This document shows positions 39,650 to 50,070 of a stretch of 64,000 nucleotides of DNA, piece after piece (position 1 is the first letter of the stretch; the number at the start of each line of letters is the position of its first letter). Position numbers and translations under genes: made by a program. The stretch is from positions 32,001-96,000 of the IMG/VR virus record IMGVR_UViG_3300029922_000029; one strand, written 5' to 3'. Source of the stretch: a virus. A model generated the notes under the pieces. The model made no database searches, was not told the DNA's origin, and worked only from the letters and a program-made list of their open reading frames with translations.

Positions 39650-40387
39650 TTAAGTGAGACCTCGGTAATGGAAAATTTGAGAAATCTTTTTTAAATAGGC
39701 GTCTTCTGAAGCTTCCATTTTAGAGGATTGGCAGGTAAAGCAGGCTGGAACAGAATTATCTAAAGTATAGTATGACTCATTATTTAAGCGATCTACAGAG
39801 TTGCACGGCACTATTTCGCCAGTGCAGTTATTCTTTCTGTTAGAGATGTCACCACAGTAATGGCAAGGTTTTGAGGTGAGATGAGTATATTCCTCCTCTG
39901 ATAAGCAGCTTTTAATATTACGTTTATTTGCACCATTCAGATGGTGTAAATATGAGGCGTGTTTTACTGCGCGGCCATTAGGTTTTTTTTGAGAGGTACT
40001 AATCATTTCTCCAGTTTTGCATCCGCAACTTTTTACATCACCCTTAACTGCATTTCTGGATTTTTTCTCCACTTCATTCCCACATATACACTTAAAGAGC
40101 CATATGAATACCCCTGGCTCTTTACTATTGCGGACAAACTTTAAAGCTGTAAGGTACCCATAAGTTCTCCCAGTAATGTCAGCTGGCTTTCCGGTCTTAT
40201 GGCAAGTGCGACGCTGCCCCATTCTCAATTTAGACTCTATGACCTGTATTGCTCCGCCGCAGTCGCAGTCGCAGTTCCATAACCTTTCGTGCCCTGGGAC
40301 TACAGAGACCGCCGTAAGTTGATGAAACTTGTCGCCTGACTTAATCAATGCAGGCCCGTATTGTCGTGGCATCTGGATTACCCCCAT
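39650..40387 (-). mobile_element. HNH homing endonuclease gene
   Basis: WNCDCDCG and WLFKCICG...SCGC repeats; CHYCG...NSVDR.NN...N.VPAC..C; AT-rich. Confidence 0.85.
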
Positions 40388-40407
40388 TACCTGATTGTTA
40401 TTGTCAA

Positions 40408-40890
40408 TCAGAAATCGAAGCCAATTAACGAATATTCTGAGGAAAAACCATCTCCAAAACCACCGGCTACGTTTTGAAAGATCTTGTAGTTGAGTTTTTT
40501 GCTTTCATATTCAGCTGCGAATAATGACACCCAGCGTTGATAATACGCTGTTTTATTACTTCTCAAAAAACTACTCCCTCCGGATGAGTATGTCAACTCA
40601 TTCCGAGACTGGTAAAGGCCTGCCATCTTCAAGCACTGGATCGCGCCACCATGCATGAGCAGGTAAAGAGAAGGGAAGTTGGTGATGTCGACCTTGGTGA
40701 GAAGTGGAGTGGTCGTGTTCCAGTCACTCAGAGTCATCAGGATAGAAAATTCCAGCCTGTCATCGTCTATCTCTTTACCGCGGATCAGCCGATTCAACTC
40801 CGGCGTATCCATGGTGAAATAGCGCAAGTACTTCTTAGCTTTCCGCATCCGTTCGGCCGCGGGCGTGCTGAGCTCTGTAGAGTCACTCAT
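40408..40890 (-). CDS. head-tail adaptor/neck protein (putative)
   Basis: Helical 160 aa protein, LR....D..ELN.LI...RNEL.YS.GG; downstream of the MCP. Confidence 0.6.
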   Translation of the reverse strand: MSDSTELSTPAAERMRKAKKYLRYFTMDTPELNRLIRGKEIDDDRLEFSILMTLSDWNTTTPLLTKVDITNFPSLYLLMHGGAIQCLKMAGLYQSRNELTYSSGGSSFLRSNKTAYYQRWVSLFAAEYESKKLNYKIFQNVAGGFGDGFSSEYSLIGFDF

Positions 40891-40938
40891 CGTCTGATAA
40901 TAACACGCTCATCCATGAGCGCGCCACCATCCTTGGTA

Positions 40939-41628
40939 CTAACGCTTGGAGCTGATGACGGCACCTGGGCCGGTATGCCTTGGCGCCCGGATCGTGAAGG
41001 CAGCGCTGTTGTCGAGGCTATGCGGCACCTCGCCAGGAATCGGGCTGAGTTCGTTGTTCGTGTCGACACGGCTCGTGTCCACCTTCGCGGCGCTCTCAGA
41101 GACTCGCACGCGGTCATGAACGTGGTGGGGCGCGATCGCGGGCCGGCGCGCCGGCTGACCGGGACGCTCGGGCATATGGGCGCCTTCGGCTTCGCCTGGG
41201 CCTGGAGGACGGCCCGGGCGATCCATGCCGAGAGCGGCGCCTGGCACGCTCTGAAGTGGCGGGAGGGTGGCGTCGACGGCGAGGTTGAGATCGGGTTCGT
41301 CCTCTTCAAAGGGATCGTCGTTGGTGGCTCGGGTCTCTTTCTCTTTCAGGCCGGCGTCGGCTCCCCGCATCTCACGAAGTGGGCTTAGTTGGCCTGGGGT
41401 CAGCATCTGAGCTGCGGGCGCGCCGATGTCAACGCCGCTGTCAGCATTGATCACACGGCACAGCCCCTGGTCCCGCCACTCGAGAACGTGCTCAGGAATC
41501 TCAGTACCCACTTCACCTTGCCAGTACCGATCGGCAGGGATCAGGGCATCTTTGAAGCGCTCTCCCATGCTGAGGAATTGACCGCCATGGGACTTGCTGC
41601 GACTGATATTGATCACTCGGATACGCAT
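40939..41628 (-). CDS. hypothetical virion-module protein
   Basis: AGGAGG RBS before ATG41628. Confidence 0.7.
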   Translation of the reverse strand: MRIRVINISRSKSHGGQFLSMGERFKDALIPADRYWQGEVGTEIPEHVLEWRDQGLCRVINADSGVDIGAPAAQMLTPGQLSPLREMRGADAGLKEKETRATNDDPFEEDEPDLNLAVDATLPPLQSVPGAALGMDRPGRPPGPGEAEGAHMPERPGQPARRPAIAPHHVHDRVRVSESAAKVDTSRVDTNNELSPIPGEVPHSLDNSAAFTIRAPRHTGPGAVISSKR

Positions 41629-41653
41629 AATTTGTGCCTCCTGGGCTAGGAAC

Positions 41654-41682
41654 AACTTACCTAACTGCGATGGGGTTGGCAA
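41654..41682 (-). promoter_or_regulatory. sigma70-type promoter
   Basis: TTGCCA-N17-TAAGTT. Confidence 0.6.
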
Positions 41683-41684
41683 GG

Positions 41685-41712
41685 GCAAGATGAATAAGAA
41701 TTCGGGTATAAG
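41685..41712 (+). promoter_or_regulatory. bipartite phage promoter-like motif copy 5 (GCAA-N16-GGTATAAG)
   Basis: Sits upstream of a + strand moron; AGGAG RBS. Confidence 0.75.
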
Positions 41713-41732
41713 TTCAATAGGAGAAACTTTAT

Positions 41733-42026
41733 ATGCCCACCGCTAGAGTGCTTGAGTTTACAGATGCTGTTGCGATGAACAAATCAAACCCACAAACTTT
41801 TGAGGTCCCGACAGACCAGGAAATCGATCAGCTGAATGTTGGAGATAATATAAAAGTGAGCCTCGGAAAAGAACGTTTCTGGATTCTTATAACTAAAAAG
41901 AAACGCGATAAAAATTTTGTTGGTATCGTCGATAACGATGTCCTTCAGCCGGGATTGAAGTGTGGAGATGTTGTTACTGTGGAAAGACGCCACATCTACA
42001 ATTTCCAAATCAACAAAAAGAAATAA
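41733..42026 (+). CDS. DUF2314/YegJ-like protein (moron)
   Basis: P.TF.VP....I..L.VGD.IKV....ERFWI......F.G.VDND......GD.V.....HI. Confidence 0.65.
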   Translation: MPTARVLEFTDAVAMNKSNPQTFEVPTDQEIDQLNVGDNIKVSLGKERFWILITKKKRDKNFVGIVDNDVLQPGLKCGDVVTVERRHIYNFQINKKK

Positions 42027-42060
42027 AAAAACCCGCTTGGGAATCCCAAGCGGGTTTTAA
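42027..42060. terminator. bidirectional terminator
   Basis: AAAAACCCGCTTGGG-AAT-CCCAAGCGGGTTTT between convergent genes. Confidence 0.85.
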
Positions 42061-42083
42061 ATTTTAACTCAGGCGGACTAGTC

Positions 42084-43004
42084 TTAGAAGCTACCACCAC
42101 CCGGTATGGTCTGGGGAACCGCGAGCCGCAGCTTAGCCACGGAACGCAAATTGGCGATCCCCATACCAACGTATTCCCACGACTTCCAGAAGACCTTGTC
42201 GGCTTCTTTCTTGATCCAGAACTTGACGTCATTCAGGATGAAGAAGTTGCCCAAGAACTGTGGATCCGTGAAGGCGAAGATGTCACCGGGAGGCAAAAGA
42301 TCAGTCTTATTGGTGACTAACAAACGCCTCTTCATTATCTTGTCGGACGTCCACCCGTTGACGGTCATGTCAGACGCAAGGGGAGAGCCGACATCGGTTG
42401 CCTGCTGAGTCGTCCAGTCCGAGAAGTCCACGTTGGTCATGAGCAAGAGAGCCGACTGAAGAAGATCGCCGTCGATCATCTTGAACAGGCTGTTGAGCTG
42501 CGCGCGATTGACGATCGTGCCGGGAGAGTTGATGAACTTGCCCGAGTTGAACACGGCACCGTTGGCGGCAGCGAGACCAGTCGTGTCTTCGACACGCATG
42601 ATGTCTTTGATGCCGTTTTCTTCGATCACTTTCGTGATCTGGTACTCGTACGCCATCAACTCAGCTTCTTGCTTGCTGAAGAGATCGGTTTCGACCTTGA
42701 AGAACGGAACCGCGTAGCGAGTGCCTTGCAGGTAACGTTCGCGGCCGGCAGAACGGAAATTGACTGCCGCAGCCGTCGAGGGATGCTCGAAGTCCACGAT
42801 CTTCACCATCGTGTCGTGCTTGGTGGAGCGAGTCAGATCCGTCCGGACGACGGTTTCGGTGGGGAGCACTTTGCGGAAGAAAGAGTTCTCACGCAAGTAG
42901 CTCCGGATAAAGGCCTGGCCCACCATCGCGGTCTTCTGCTGACCATCTTGGGTGTCCATGCGCTCGACGAACAGGTTGTTAAAACTTACGGCTTCTTCGT
43001 TCAC
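42084..43004 (-). CDS. major capsid protein (HK97 fold)
   Basis: 306 aa; FIRSYLRENSFFRKVLP and WEYVGMGIAN...V; strong RBS, highly biased codons, followed by a terminator. Confidence 0.85.
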   Translation of the reverse strand: MNEEAVSFNNLFVERMDTQDGQQKTAMVGQAFIRSYLRENSFFRKVLPTETVVRTDLTRSTKHDTMVKIVDFEHPSTAAAVNFRSAGRERYLQGTRYAVPFFKVETDLFSKQEAELMAYEYQITKVIEENGIKDIMRVEDTTGLAAANGAVFNSGKFINSPGTIVNRAQLNSLFKMIDGDLLQSALLLMTNVDFSDWTTQQATDVGSPLASDMTVNGWTSDKIMKRRLLVTNKTDLLPPGDIFAFTDPQFLGNFFILNDVKFWIKKEADKVFWKSWEYVGMGIANLRSVAKLRLAVPQTIPGGGSF

Positions 43005-43199
43005 GGTGTAGCCTCCTCATGTTTGGTGTAGAATTGGCTAGATTCGAGTGAGCTTCAGTTAAAATGGGCCGGGGAGAAAAACTCACTCAGATCCCCGGCC
43101 CGTACTTTCGGTTCTTCATCTTTAGAGATAAAGTCCGTACTTCATTTTCAGTCAGAGGTCTGGTCAGTCATCAACGAGGGCCGACCAGACCGAAATCAA

Positions 43200-43679
43200 T
43201 TACCGATTCAGAACTTCGACGGTATAGACGTTGCCGATACCGAGGATCACGTTCATGTCGTAAACGCGAGCCACGACGGCATCACTTCCGCCGGCGGCAG
43301 AGGGGATCTGCTCACCGCCACCGAGGTTCTTCACGCAGAGGTTCTGGCCGAGCGTGTAGGACGCCGCAACCAGCTTCGTGGTGTTGTACATGAACCCGCC
43401 GCCCTCGATCACGGAGATGTTGCCCGTGGCGAGAGAGTCGTATTCGTTGTTACCCACGACGACGGGGTAAACGTTGGCCGGCGCATTGCCGGTTGGGGGA
43501 GGAGCGAAGCCGGAAGCAGTCTTCCAGGCCCAGTCACCAGGAGCGAAATTCCCGGAGGCCAGAGGAGCGTCAACGTAATTGACGTGCTCGAGACCCTTGA
43601 TGATGTCGAAGTAGTATTCGCTTGCGGGATTCCGCAAGTCGACGGTGATCGGTGCAACAAGTTCTTGTGGGAGAGTCAT
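43200..43679 (-). CDS. capsid decoration/cement protein (putative)
   Basis: 159 aa beta/Gly-rich protein directly upstream of the MCP. Confidence 0.65.
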   Translation of the reverse strand: MTLPQELVAPITVDLRNPASEYYFDIIKGLEHVNYVDAPLASGNFAPGDWAWKTASGFAPPPTGNAPANVYPVVVGNNEYDSLATGNISVIEGGGFMYNTTKLVAASYTLGQNLCVKNLGGGEQIPSAAGGSDAVVARVYDMNVILGIGNVYTVEVLNR

Positions 43680-43834
43680 TTTCTTTTTCCTTATTGAGAG
43701 AACCTAAAAAAAACAGGTTCTTGACTGTTTCCGGGCTTCGGAATTTTGTCCCTTACACCACTATTCTACAGTATTCGTGTACCGTGCGATAGCCTGTAAC
43801 GCGCCGAGCTCGTATTTTTTTAAGGTCTCACTGT

Positions 43835-44218
43835 TTAACGAGTGTCGACCTCACCATACAGTACCCAGCGCTCCATCTGGTTCAGCTTGCGGCCAGAAGA
43901 GTTGGAATCAGAATCATCCAGAGTGCCTGAATTGATGCCGACCGAACTTCCTCCGCCTCCCGCTGAATATCCGCGTTGGAGCGCTTTTTCTACTACCTGG
44001 AGGTCATCCTCTGTCATCAGAGACGCCACCTTGTTGAGAAACTCTTCATGGGTGCGAAAGGGCTCGGAAAAACCAAGCTCAATTTCGCGGAAAGCAACCT
44101 TCATCGCACGCTTCTCGAGGTCGTTATGAGCTGCGACCTTTTCGAGTTCCAGTCTGCGCGTATGCTCTTGTTTAAGAAGCTGGCCTGCTTTCTTGACCAG
44201 CTCGGGATCGTAACCCAT
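43835..44218 (-). CDS. head scaffolding-type protein
   Basis: Helical, several KxA motifs. Confidence 0.55.
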   Translation of the reverse strand: MGYDPELVKKAGQLLKQEHTRRLELEKVAAHNDLEKRAMKVAFREIELGFSEPFRTHEEFLNKVASLMTEDDLQVVEKALQRGYSAGGGGSSVGINSGTLDDSDSNSSGRKLNQMERWVLYGEVDTR

Positions 44219-44719
44219 TTACTCTCCGATCGTACGAGATGCGGGTTGGCTGGGAGAAGCCATGCTGCGCTCGCCGCTCGGAATGGGTTTGCCATTCTTT
44301 CCGGCGTTGACGTCATCGCCCTTAGCAGAAGCCATGGCCGCACCGACTGCCACAAAATCAACGAGGCGTTTTTTTAAACGACCCGCAGCGACTTTCTCCA
44401 GGGCCTCATCGACATGGGCATTCATGTGGCCCTGTTCGTAAGCCGCTTCCTGGAACCTAAACATCCGATCGAGTTCATCGAGCTGCGTATCGGCATGGAT
44501 CTGATTCATCACGACCGCTATTTTCTCGAATTCGTCGAGGCCGGTAAGGGAATCGTTTCCGGCGCACTTCTCGATCTGGGAGACGACAGCGTTGACTTCG
44601 GAAGAAGAGGAAGGGGCCCCAGAGACAGCCGCAGGAACAACTGGAGAGGCGGTTTTAATCACTTTCTCCAAGTCATTTAGGCGGTCCGCGTCTGCGAGTA
44701 GGTCTTTGAGTGGTCTCAT
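44219..44719 (-). CDS. head-module protein with KxA motifs
   Basis: KTA, KCA, KIA, KVA. Confidence 0.6.
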   Translation of the reverse strand: MRPLKDLLADADRLNDLEKVIKTASPVVPAAVSGAPSSSSEVNAVVSQIEKCAGNDSLTGLDEFEKIAVVMNQIHADTQLDELDRMFRFQEAAYEQGHMNAHVDEALEKVAAGRLKKRLVDFVAVGAAMASAKGDDVNAGKNGKPIPSGERSMASPSQPASRTIGE

Positions 44720-44758
44720 AGATTCCTCAAGAGTGGTGTGTTCTGAGGCCCCGATTCC

Positions 44759-45652
44759 TTAATCTTCCTTGTGACCCATCAAGCGGTGAGCGAGAGCAGC
44801 ACCGCCGGCACCCGCTGCGGCGCCAGTGCCCGCACCGTAGTAGGCTTTATGCTTGCCGACATGGCCGCGAGCCTTGTCGTAAGCGCCACCCAAGTGCTTC
44901 TTGAGTTTAGCCATGTGGCCCATCGCTGCGCCGGCTTTAGTCCCGCGTGCCGCGATCTTCTCGATGCCGTCACCGATCAGGTTCTCGACGGATTCCTGCA
45001 TCCGGACTTCGTCCGCGAGCTCGGCAACCGTGCACTCAGAGGCTTTCTTGTCGTGGCCGCTCTTGTGACGGAGAGCCATGTGAGCTCCGAGAGCTCCGAC
45101 ACCGGCACCTGCGATCAAGGCCGCTTTGCCCTTGTGCTTCTTGCCGTACTTCATAGCTTCATGGCCATGACCCTTGGCGGCTTCGTAAGCCTTACCGAGG
45201 CGAGCCTTGGTCTTGTCAAGGAAGCCCTTGGCCTTCTTGATTTTCTTGGCGTCGGCAGTCTTAACTGCGTCTTCAGCCAGCTTTTCGATCTGGTTGATGT
45301 AGCCTTCCAGCATCGCGGCACCGCAGACCTGAGCGATCTTCTGGAGTTCGACGGGGTCCGAGTTTTCGACGACACCCGAAGCCGCCTGAGCTTCGTCCAT
45401 GGCCTTCAGAATTTCTTCTTCGGCACCATCGAATTCAGCCGAAGCTTCTTTCGAAAGGGGTTCTTCGTCATCGGCTTCCGCGAATTCGCGGTCCGCACAA
45501 TAAGCGCCGTACGCGTAGATGCTTTCGACCAGATCGTTGCCAGCAAGGCTGGCTTCAGCCTGCTTGACGAGCTCGGGGTCGAACTCCTTCGCCAGAAGCG
45601 CCTGGAGTTGTTCTTCGTTCATACCCTGCAAAGCCTGTTCAATCTCGTTCAT
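44759..45652 (-). CDS. head core/internal protein; acidic N-half, two basic glycine-zipper repeats
   Basis: At least 7 KxA motifs, including DGIEKIA. Confidence 0.65.
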   Translation of the reverse strand: MNEIEQALQGMNEEQLQALLAKEFDPELVKQAEASLAGNDLVESIYAYGAYCADREFAEADDEEPLSKEASAEFDGAEEEILKAMDEAQAASGVVENSDPVELQKIAQVCGAAMLEGYINQIEKLAEDAVKTADAKKIKKAKGFLDKTKARLGKAYEAAKGHGHEAMKYGKKHKGKAALIAGAGVGALGAHMALRHKSGHDKKASECTVAELADEVRMQESVENLIGDGIEKIAARGTKAGAAMGHMAKLKKHLGGAYDKARGHVGKHKAYYGAGTGAAAGAGGAALAHRLMGHKED

Positions 45653-45716
45653 TTTTGAGTCTCCTGAGGTTTTTGTTTCCGGTCGTTGTGATCCGAAACG
45701 AATGGGTTAAGGCCGA

Positions 45717-46445
45717 TTAGGTCTGGTGATAAGCTCCGACATCGCCAGCCTGCGCCTTGATCTTGCGCTTCAGCATTGCCTGAGCGGTGACTTCGGGAAT
45801 GTCCATGCGCTTGGCCGTGCTGCCGTTGGTTTCGACCTTGCCGCCACCGGTCGCCTTGTGGTTGACCGTGATGGCTGGATCTTGGCCGTTACCGACGATC
45901 GCGGCGAGTTGGCCGCTGTTGGAGAGACCGGCCATGGGCTTCGAACCTTCTTCAGCGCCGCCAGCGGAGTCGCCTGCGATCTTGTCGAGGTAGCAGGTCT
46001 GGCCTGCGTTGAAGTAGTGAGCCACGCACTCGCCGAAGAGCTGAGCGGGGGTGGCGTCTTCGTCGTTGCCTTCGACAACACCGCCGACCACTTCGGTCAG
46101 GCTCGCGACTTTGGTCTGCCCACCGACCGCAGCGGTCAGGGAACCCGCAGCAGCGGGATCAGCAGCCGCGGCGCCAGCCGTCTTATCGAGACCTTCGGTT
46201 CCAAAAACTTCCTCGTACATCGAAGTGAAATCACTCATTGCGGATCCTCTTTCTTGGGTGGCGGCCGATGCAGTTTTCGTCTGCTCGGTGGCCTGGGTTG
46301 CGGGGGTTTGGGCGAGTCCCAGGCTCTCGATCACCTGGTCGACTTCACTTTTGCCACCAGCCGCGGGAGCAGCTGATGCAGTCTTGGTTTGCGATTTGTC
46401 ATCCATTCCGAAATCAGACAGCATTTGTTCGAGAGTACGTGACAT
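45717..46445 (-). CDS. scaffold-like protein
   Basis: Ala-rich; KTA three times, KVA, KIA; downstream of the protease. Confidence 0.6.
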   Translation of the reverse strand: MSRTLEQMLSDFGMDDKSQTKTASAAPAAGGKSEVDQVIESLGLAQTPATQATEQTKTASAATQERGSAMSDFTSMYEEVFGTEGLDKTAGAAAADPAAAGSLTAAVGGQTKVASLTEVVGGVVEGNDEDATPAQLFGECVAHYFNAGQTCYLDKIAGDSAGGAEEGSKPMAGLSNSGQLAAIVGNGQDPAITVNHKATGGGKVETNGSTAKRMDIPEVTAQAMLKRKIKAQAGDVGAYHQT

Positions 46446-46458
46446 GTGGGGTCTCCTT

Positions 46459-48342
46459 CTAAAGAGCCAATTGAGTCATTGCCTGCAGGAGCAAGAGCTC
46501 CTGCGCAGGTAGCCGGTTCGTCATAGGAAGTTGATTTGGATTGAGTTCGCCCGTGCCCATGACGGAAGCAGCCTTCTCGAGAAGGCTCGAGACTTCAGCT
46601 ACATCGCTGGGTGTTTGTGTGAGGAGGCTTCTGGCGAGCAGAGAGACAGGAAGCCGGTCACCGAGCGTCTCAGGGGTCTGCCCGGGTTCAGAAAGATAAA
46701 TCAGTCCAGACACCCCTTCGAGGGGATGATGGCCTAACTTAGGGAACCAGGAGAGAGCTTCCAAATCGACGACGGAACCGGTTTTGATAACCGCAACGGG
46801 ACGTGCTTGTAAATCTACAAAACGTCTCCGCCAGTCTTGAGTATACAAGTCTTGGCTGCCCCCCGCAAGGTCGTATTGCCCGCTGACTAAAGGCTTCGCA
46901 TTGGAAGACGCCAGGGTCTTGGCCGCAGCGGCGATGGGGAGGCCGGCGAGAAGCAAGGGAATGGGGTGATTCAAGAAGAGATCCCGGAGTTTCTCGGGGA
47001 CAAACATGGCAGCCAGAGCTACGAGTAAGCCCTGCTTGATGCCTTGCTCAAAGGTACCGGGCTGCTTCTTGTGCCTAGACTCTTCAGCAGCCCTCTTCAC
47101 CATCTTGGGATCCAGCTGCCGAAGCCTGATCATCAGGACGGGAGGGCTAAAAGAACGCTCGGGGATGAAAGGTGCGAGTGCGTCACAGCACTCCGGGCTG
47201 ACGCGGTGAAGACCTTCAGCCTTCTTGCCCGTGAAGATCTCGCCGATCGTGCGCGCCTCGTCGGGGGTCGGCGCGATCGCAAGAGTCACGAGGGATGAAA
47301 GGAGCTCGGGGAGGCTGGAGCTCTTCGCAACGGATTCGAAGGTCTGGCGCGGGATAGGCTTCGCCGAGCGGTCGAGGGCCAGCTTGATGGCCGCACTCAG
47401 AGCCGTGACCTTTTTCGCCGCCTGGGCCGGGACTTCGGACAGTCCGGGGCGGGGAACCACAGAAACACCCGGGATCTGCTTCTTGATGAAGGCTTTCTTG
47501 GCGACAGCGGCCTGTTTGATGCCGCGTTTCATACCGTAGGCTTGCTCGAGTTCTGATGCCACCTTATCCAAGTAGACTGGATCGCCGACCGCTCCAGGCG
47601 GCAGCTCAGCAAGGTGAGCCGAGCCCAAGCGGGAAGGCGCGGCAGCACTCGCAATCTTCTCCCACATGTAAGCCGTCTTGTCGGCTGGGATCAGGACGCG
47701 GGAGATATCGAAGAATTTCGGATGGGGGTTCCGCGCAAAGACCGCCTTGCCAGTATCTGGATCGATCTGCCGCAAAAGGTACCTGAGGTGATCGCAATAC
47801 TCAGCGCGTGTCTTGGCTTTATTCAGGCAGATATTGCAGACGTCATAAGGCAGTTTTGCGCCCATCGAGGTCGTGATGGGTTCACCACGGTCGACCATCG
47901 CGGCGCCCTCGGGGTCGCGAGCTGGATCGATCCCGATGACGAGCTCCACGCGCTTGGCGTTCTCATTCCAAACAGCGAGGATCACCTTCCCTTTGGCTAG
48001 GGCTGGGTTTTGATTGACGTGATGGGTAAAGTAATTCGCGTTAGTCTTGAAGGTGTCGACCCCGTAATCGGGCCCGCGGTGGGAGAGTGGCTCTTCACCG
48101 AACCAATCCGCATTGATATTGTCACCCCAATATTCACCCGCTCCGAGTGCCGTGATGAGCGCCTGAACCAATCCCTCCATGGGCTTGGCCTGCTCGATAT
48201 ACTTCTGGACTTGTGGGTGGTAGGCAAACTTGCGGTTCGCGCTGGCGGCCTGCTTGAGAAGGTAGCGACGATCCTCTGTAAGCAGGAACACGTCCCGCTC
48301 TTTACGGCTCAGGTTTTGAGGGTAGAGGAGGAGCTTATCCAT
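46459..48342 (-). CDS. prohead maturation protease with long C-terminal extension
   Basis: N.NAD.F, F..H.N......G.V, SMG....D.C.IC...C.H, N..P.FFDIS.V..PAD.TA. Confidence 0.8.
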   Translation of the reverse strand: MDKLLLYPQNLSRKERDVFLLTEDRRYLLKQAASANRKFAYHPQVQKYIEQAKPMEGLVQALITALGAGEYWGDNINADWFGEEPLSHRGPDYGVDTFKTNANYFTHHVNQNPALAKGKVILAVWNENAKRVELVIGIDPARDPEGAAMVDRGEPITTSMGAKLPYDVCNICLNKAKTRAEYCDHLRYLLRQIDPDTGKAVFARNPHPKFFDISRVLIPADKTAYMWEKIASAAAPSRLGSAHLAELPPGAVGDPVYLDKVASELEQAYGMKRGIKQAAVAKKAFIKKQIPGVSVVPRPGLSEVPAQAAKKVTALSAAIKLALDRSAKPIPRQTFESVAKSSSLPELLSSLVTLAIAPTPDEARTIGEIFTGKKAEGLHRVSPECCDALAPFIPERSFSPPVLMIRLRQLDPKMVKRAAEESRHKKQPGTFEQGIKQGLLVALAAMFVPEKLRDLFLNHPIPLLLAGLPIAAAAKTLASSNAKPLVSGQYDLAGGSQDLYTQDWRRRFVDLQARPVAVIKTGSVVDLEALSWFPKLGHHPLEGVSGLIYLSEPGQTPETLGDRLPVSLLARSLLTQTPSDVAEVSSLLEKAASVMGTGELNPNQLPMTNRLPAQELLLLQAMTQLAL

Positions 48343-48610
48343 CTAAATCACTTACGTGGATTTTAAAGATCGGAGGTTCTCCGGGTAAAGGATACTCAAA
48401 ACCCTCGAAAAGATACGTCTCTTTAATGAGTTTACCCCTGATGCCTAGCCGGCGTTTGATATCGATAAAAAACCGCACATCTTTAATATGTGTTCGAATA
48501 TTAAAAGATTCTACTAAACCAATTGCTTCTTCTTCGATTTCTATAAAGGGCCTGGAGTAAGGGGATTTAGAAAACCTGCGAACAATCAAGCAATCCGTAT
48601 TTTTCCACAT
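48335..48610 (-). CDS. small AT-rich hypothetical protein (moron)
   Basis: 91 aa; composition differs from the flanks. Confidence 0.55.
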   Translation of the reverse strand: MWKNTDCLIVRRFSKSPYSRPFIEIEEEAIGLVESFNIRTHIKDVRFFIDIKRRLGIRGKLIKETYLFEGFEYPLPGEPPIFKIHVSDLDG

Positions 48611-48613
48611 AGA

Positions 48614-49888
48614 TTAAGTCTTCTTCTCGGGCTCGCCCTGACCGCCCTTGCCCTGACCGCCCTTGCCCTTACCGCCAATACCCATAGGGAAGTGCAGCGT
48701 TTCCATCACGCCCTTCATTCCGCCCATGAACCCTTTATTGCCGCTGACCGAGCGGTCGACGGCCGAGTTGGCTTCCGCCAGTCCCTTGATGGTGTCGGGC
48801 GCGATCCGGCCGAACGCCTGGACTTGCTGCTCGAGGAAAGAACGGAGAACCGGAGGGCGCGCGGCGAGGGCTGGTGCGACCATGCAGATCGTATCGAAGG
48901 CTTCACGCGCGGCCTGAGGATCTTGCTTCAGGGTATCGTTCGTCCGCATCAACTGGCTGAATTGATTCTGTGCCTCATTTTTGAGGTGTGCGTCTTGCGA
49001 GCGATCGTACACAAGCTTCACGAGGCCTAATCCGCCCCCGAGTGCGAGAGCGGGAGCGATGTATGCGAGATGGTCAGCCAAACCCTTTGCGCCCTTCCCA
49101 AGCATATCCTTCATGCCGGAACCGAAACCACCCTTCGCCGCGGCCGTTTTCATCATGTGAACGCGATCGCTCACCATGCGGCCCAGGCAGGCTTCCGAGA
49201 CGTAGAGCGGGAACTCAACCGAGCTCTGCTTAGTCTGGTTCTTCGCTTGTGCCTTGCCTCTGGCATGAGCATAGAGTTCCTCAGGGCTCATGTTTCTGTA
49301 AACACTGGGATCAGAGATCTCGGAAACCAGCGTGGATTTCAAAAGTTTTCCGGCATCGGCGACTTCCTGATCAATAGATTGAAACTTTTTCTCAGTGCGC
49401 CTGAATGTTTCCATCCCGAAGATATTCAGGGATTTCTCGAGAGCACCCAGAATCGCCGCGCGGGCTCCGGCGCTTGCAGTTTGAGGGCGACCCGCCGTTC
49501 CCATCCGAGAGGCTTCGATCACGGAGAGCTTGTGGACATCATCGAGGCTGAAGCCGGTATCAAGCCGTTCGGTCAAGAGCTTGTGCGCCATCTGGGGGTT
49601 CTTCGCAACAGTCGGAGCCACCACGGAGAGCTCGCCAAAGAGAGCGGCGAATTTCTGGGGATCCTGCTTGAATTGCGGGTTCTTTCCAAAAGTGGCATGA
49701 AGACTGTCGGCCAGATCTTTCTTATGGTTCTCGGTAGCGCTGCGTCCGCTCATATAACCGTAGAGGCCCGCGGCACCCGCGATCCCGGTGACCCCGAGAA
49801 GTGGAAAGAGCATAGCCTTCATCTTTTTGGCGGTGGCCGGGGTCAGCATCGACTCGGCTTTTGCGGCTTCTTTTACGACTGTGCTCAT
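48614..49888 (-). CDS. putative internal virion protein with two hydrophobic Gly-rich segments and internal duplication
   Basis: ...F..L..VAP.VA..P occurs twice, each after a Gly-rich hydrophobic helix; KEA and KTA motifs. Confidence 0.65.
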   Translation of the reverse strand: MSTVVKEAAKAESMLTPATAKKMKAMLFPLLGVTGIAGAAGLYGYMSGRSATENHKKDLADSLHATFGKNPQFKQDPQKFAALFGELSVVAPTVAKNPQMAHKLLTERLDTGFSLDDVHKLSVIEASRMGTAGRPQTASAGARAAILGALEKSLNIFGMETFRRTEKKFQSIDQEVADAGKLLKSTLVSEISDPSVYRNMSPEELYAHARGKAQAKNQTKQSSVEFPLYVSEACLGRMVSDRVHMMKTAAAKGGFGSGMKDMLGKGAKGLADHLAYIAPALALGGGLGLVKLVYDRSQDAHLKNEAQNQFSQLMRTNDTLKQDPQAAREAFDTICMVAPALAARPPVLRSFLEQQVQAFGRIAPDTIKGLAEANSAVDRSVSGNKGFMGGMKGVMETLHFPMGIGGKGKGGQGKGGQGEPEKKT

Positions 49889-50070
49889 GTTGGCCCCCGA
49901 GGCGTTTGCATGCTGGTCACACGCTTCATGTTCTGGCTAAACTGGTTGCTGGCGTCGGCGGCCGTCAGAACTGCGTTCAGCTTCCCACCGGCCAGATTGG
50001 TGATGGCTTTGGCTGCAGAGCCGATGATTCCGGCTGTCTTCTTGAGACCGTCACTGAACTTAGAGCCCAC
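49885..50070 (-). CDS. small tagged putative internal virion protein
   Basis: MGSKFSDGLKKTA. Confidence 0.65.
   Translation of the reverse strand: MGSKFSDGLKKTAGIIGSAAKAITNLAGGKLNAVLTAADASNQFSQNMKRVTSMQTPRGPT

Noticed and set aside
40887-41309. Alternative-frame ORF overlapping 40939..41628
   Set aside because: Its Arg/Pro/Ser-rich composition is typical of a GC-rich off-frame read and it has no RBS. A short C-terminal peptide cannot be excluded.
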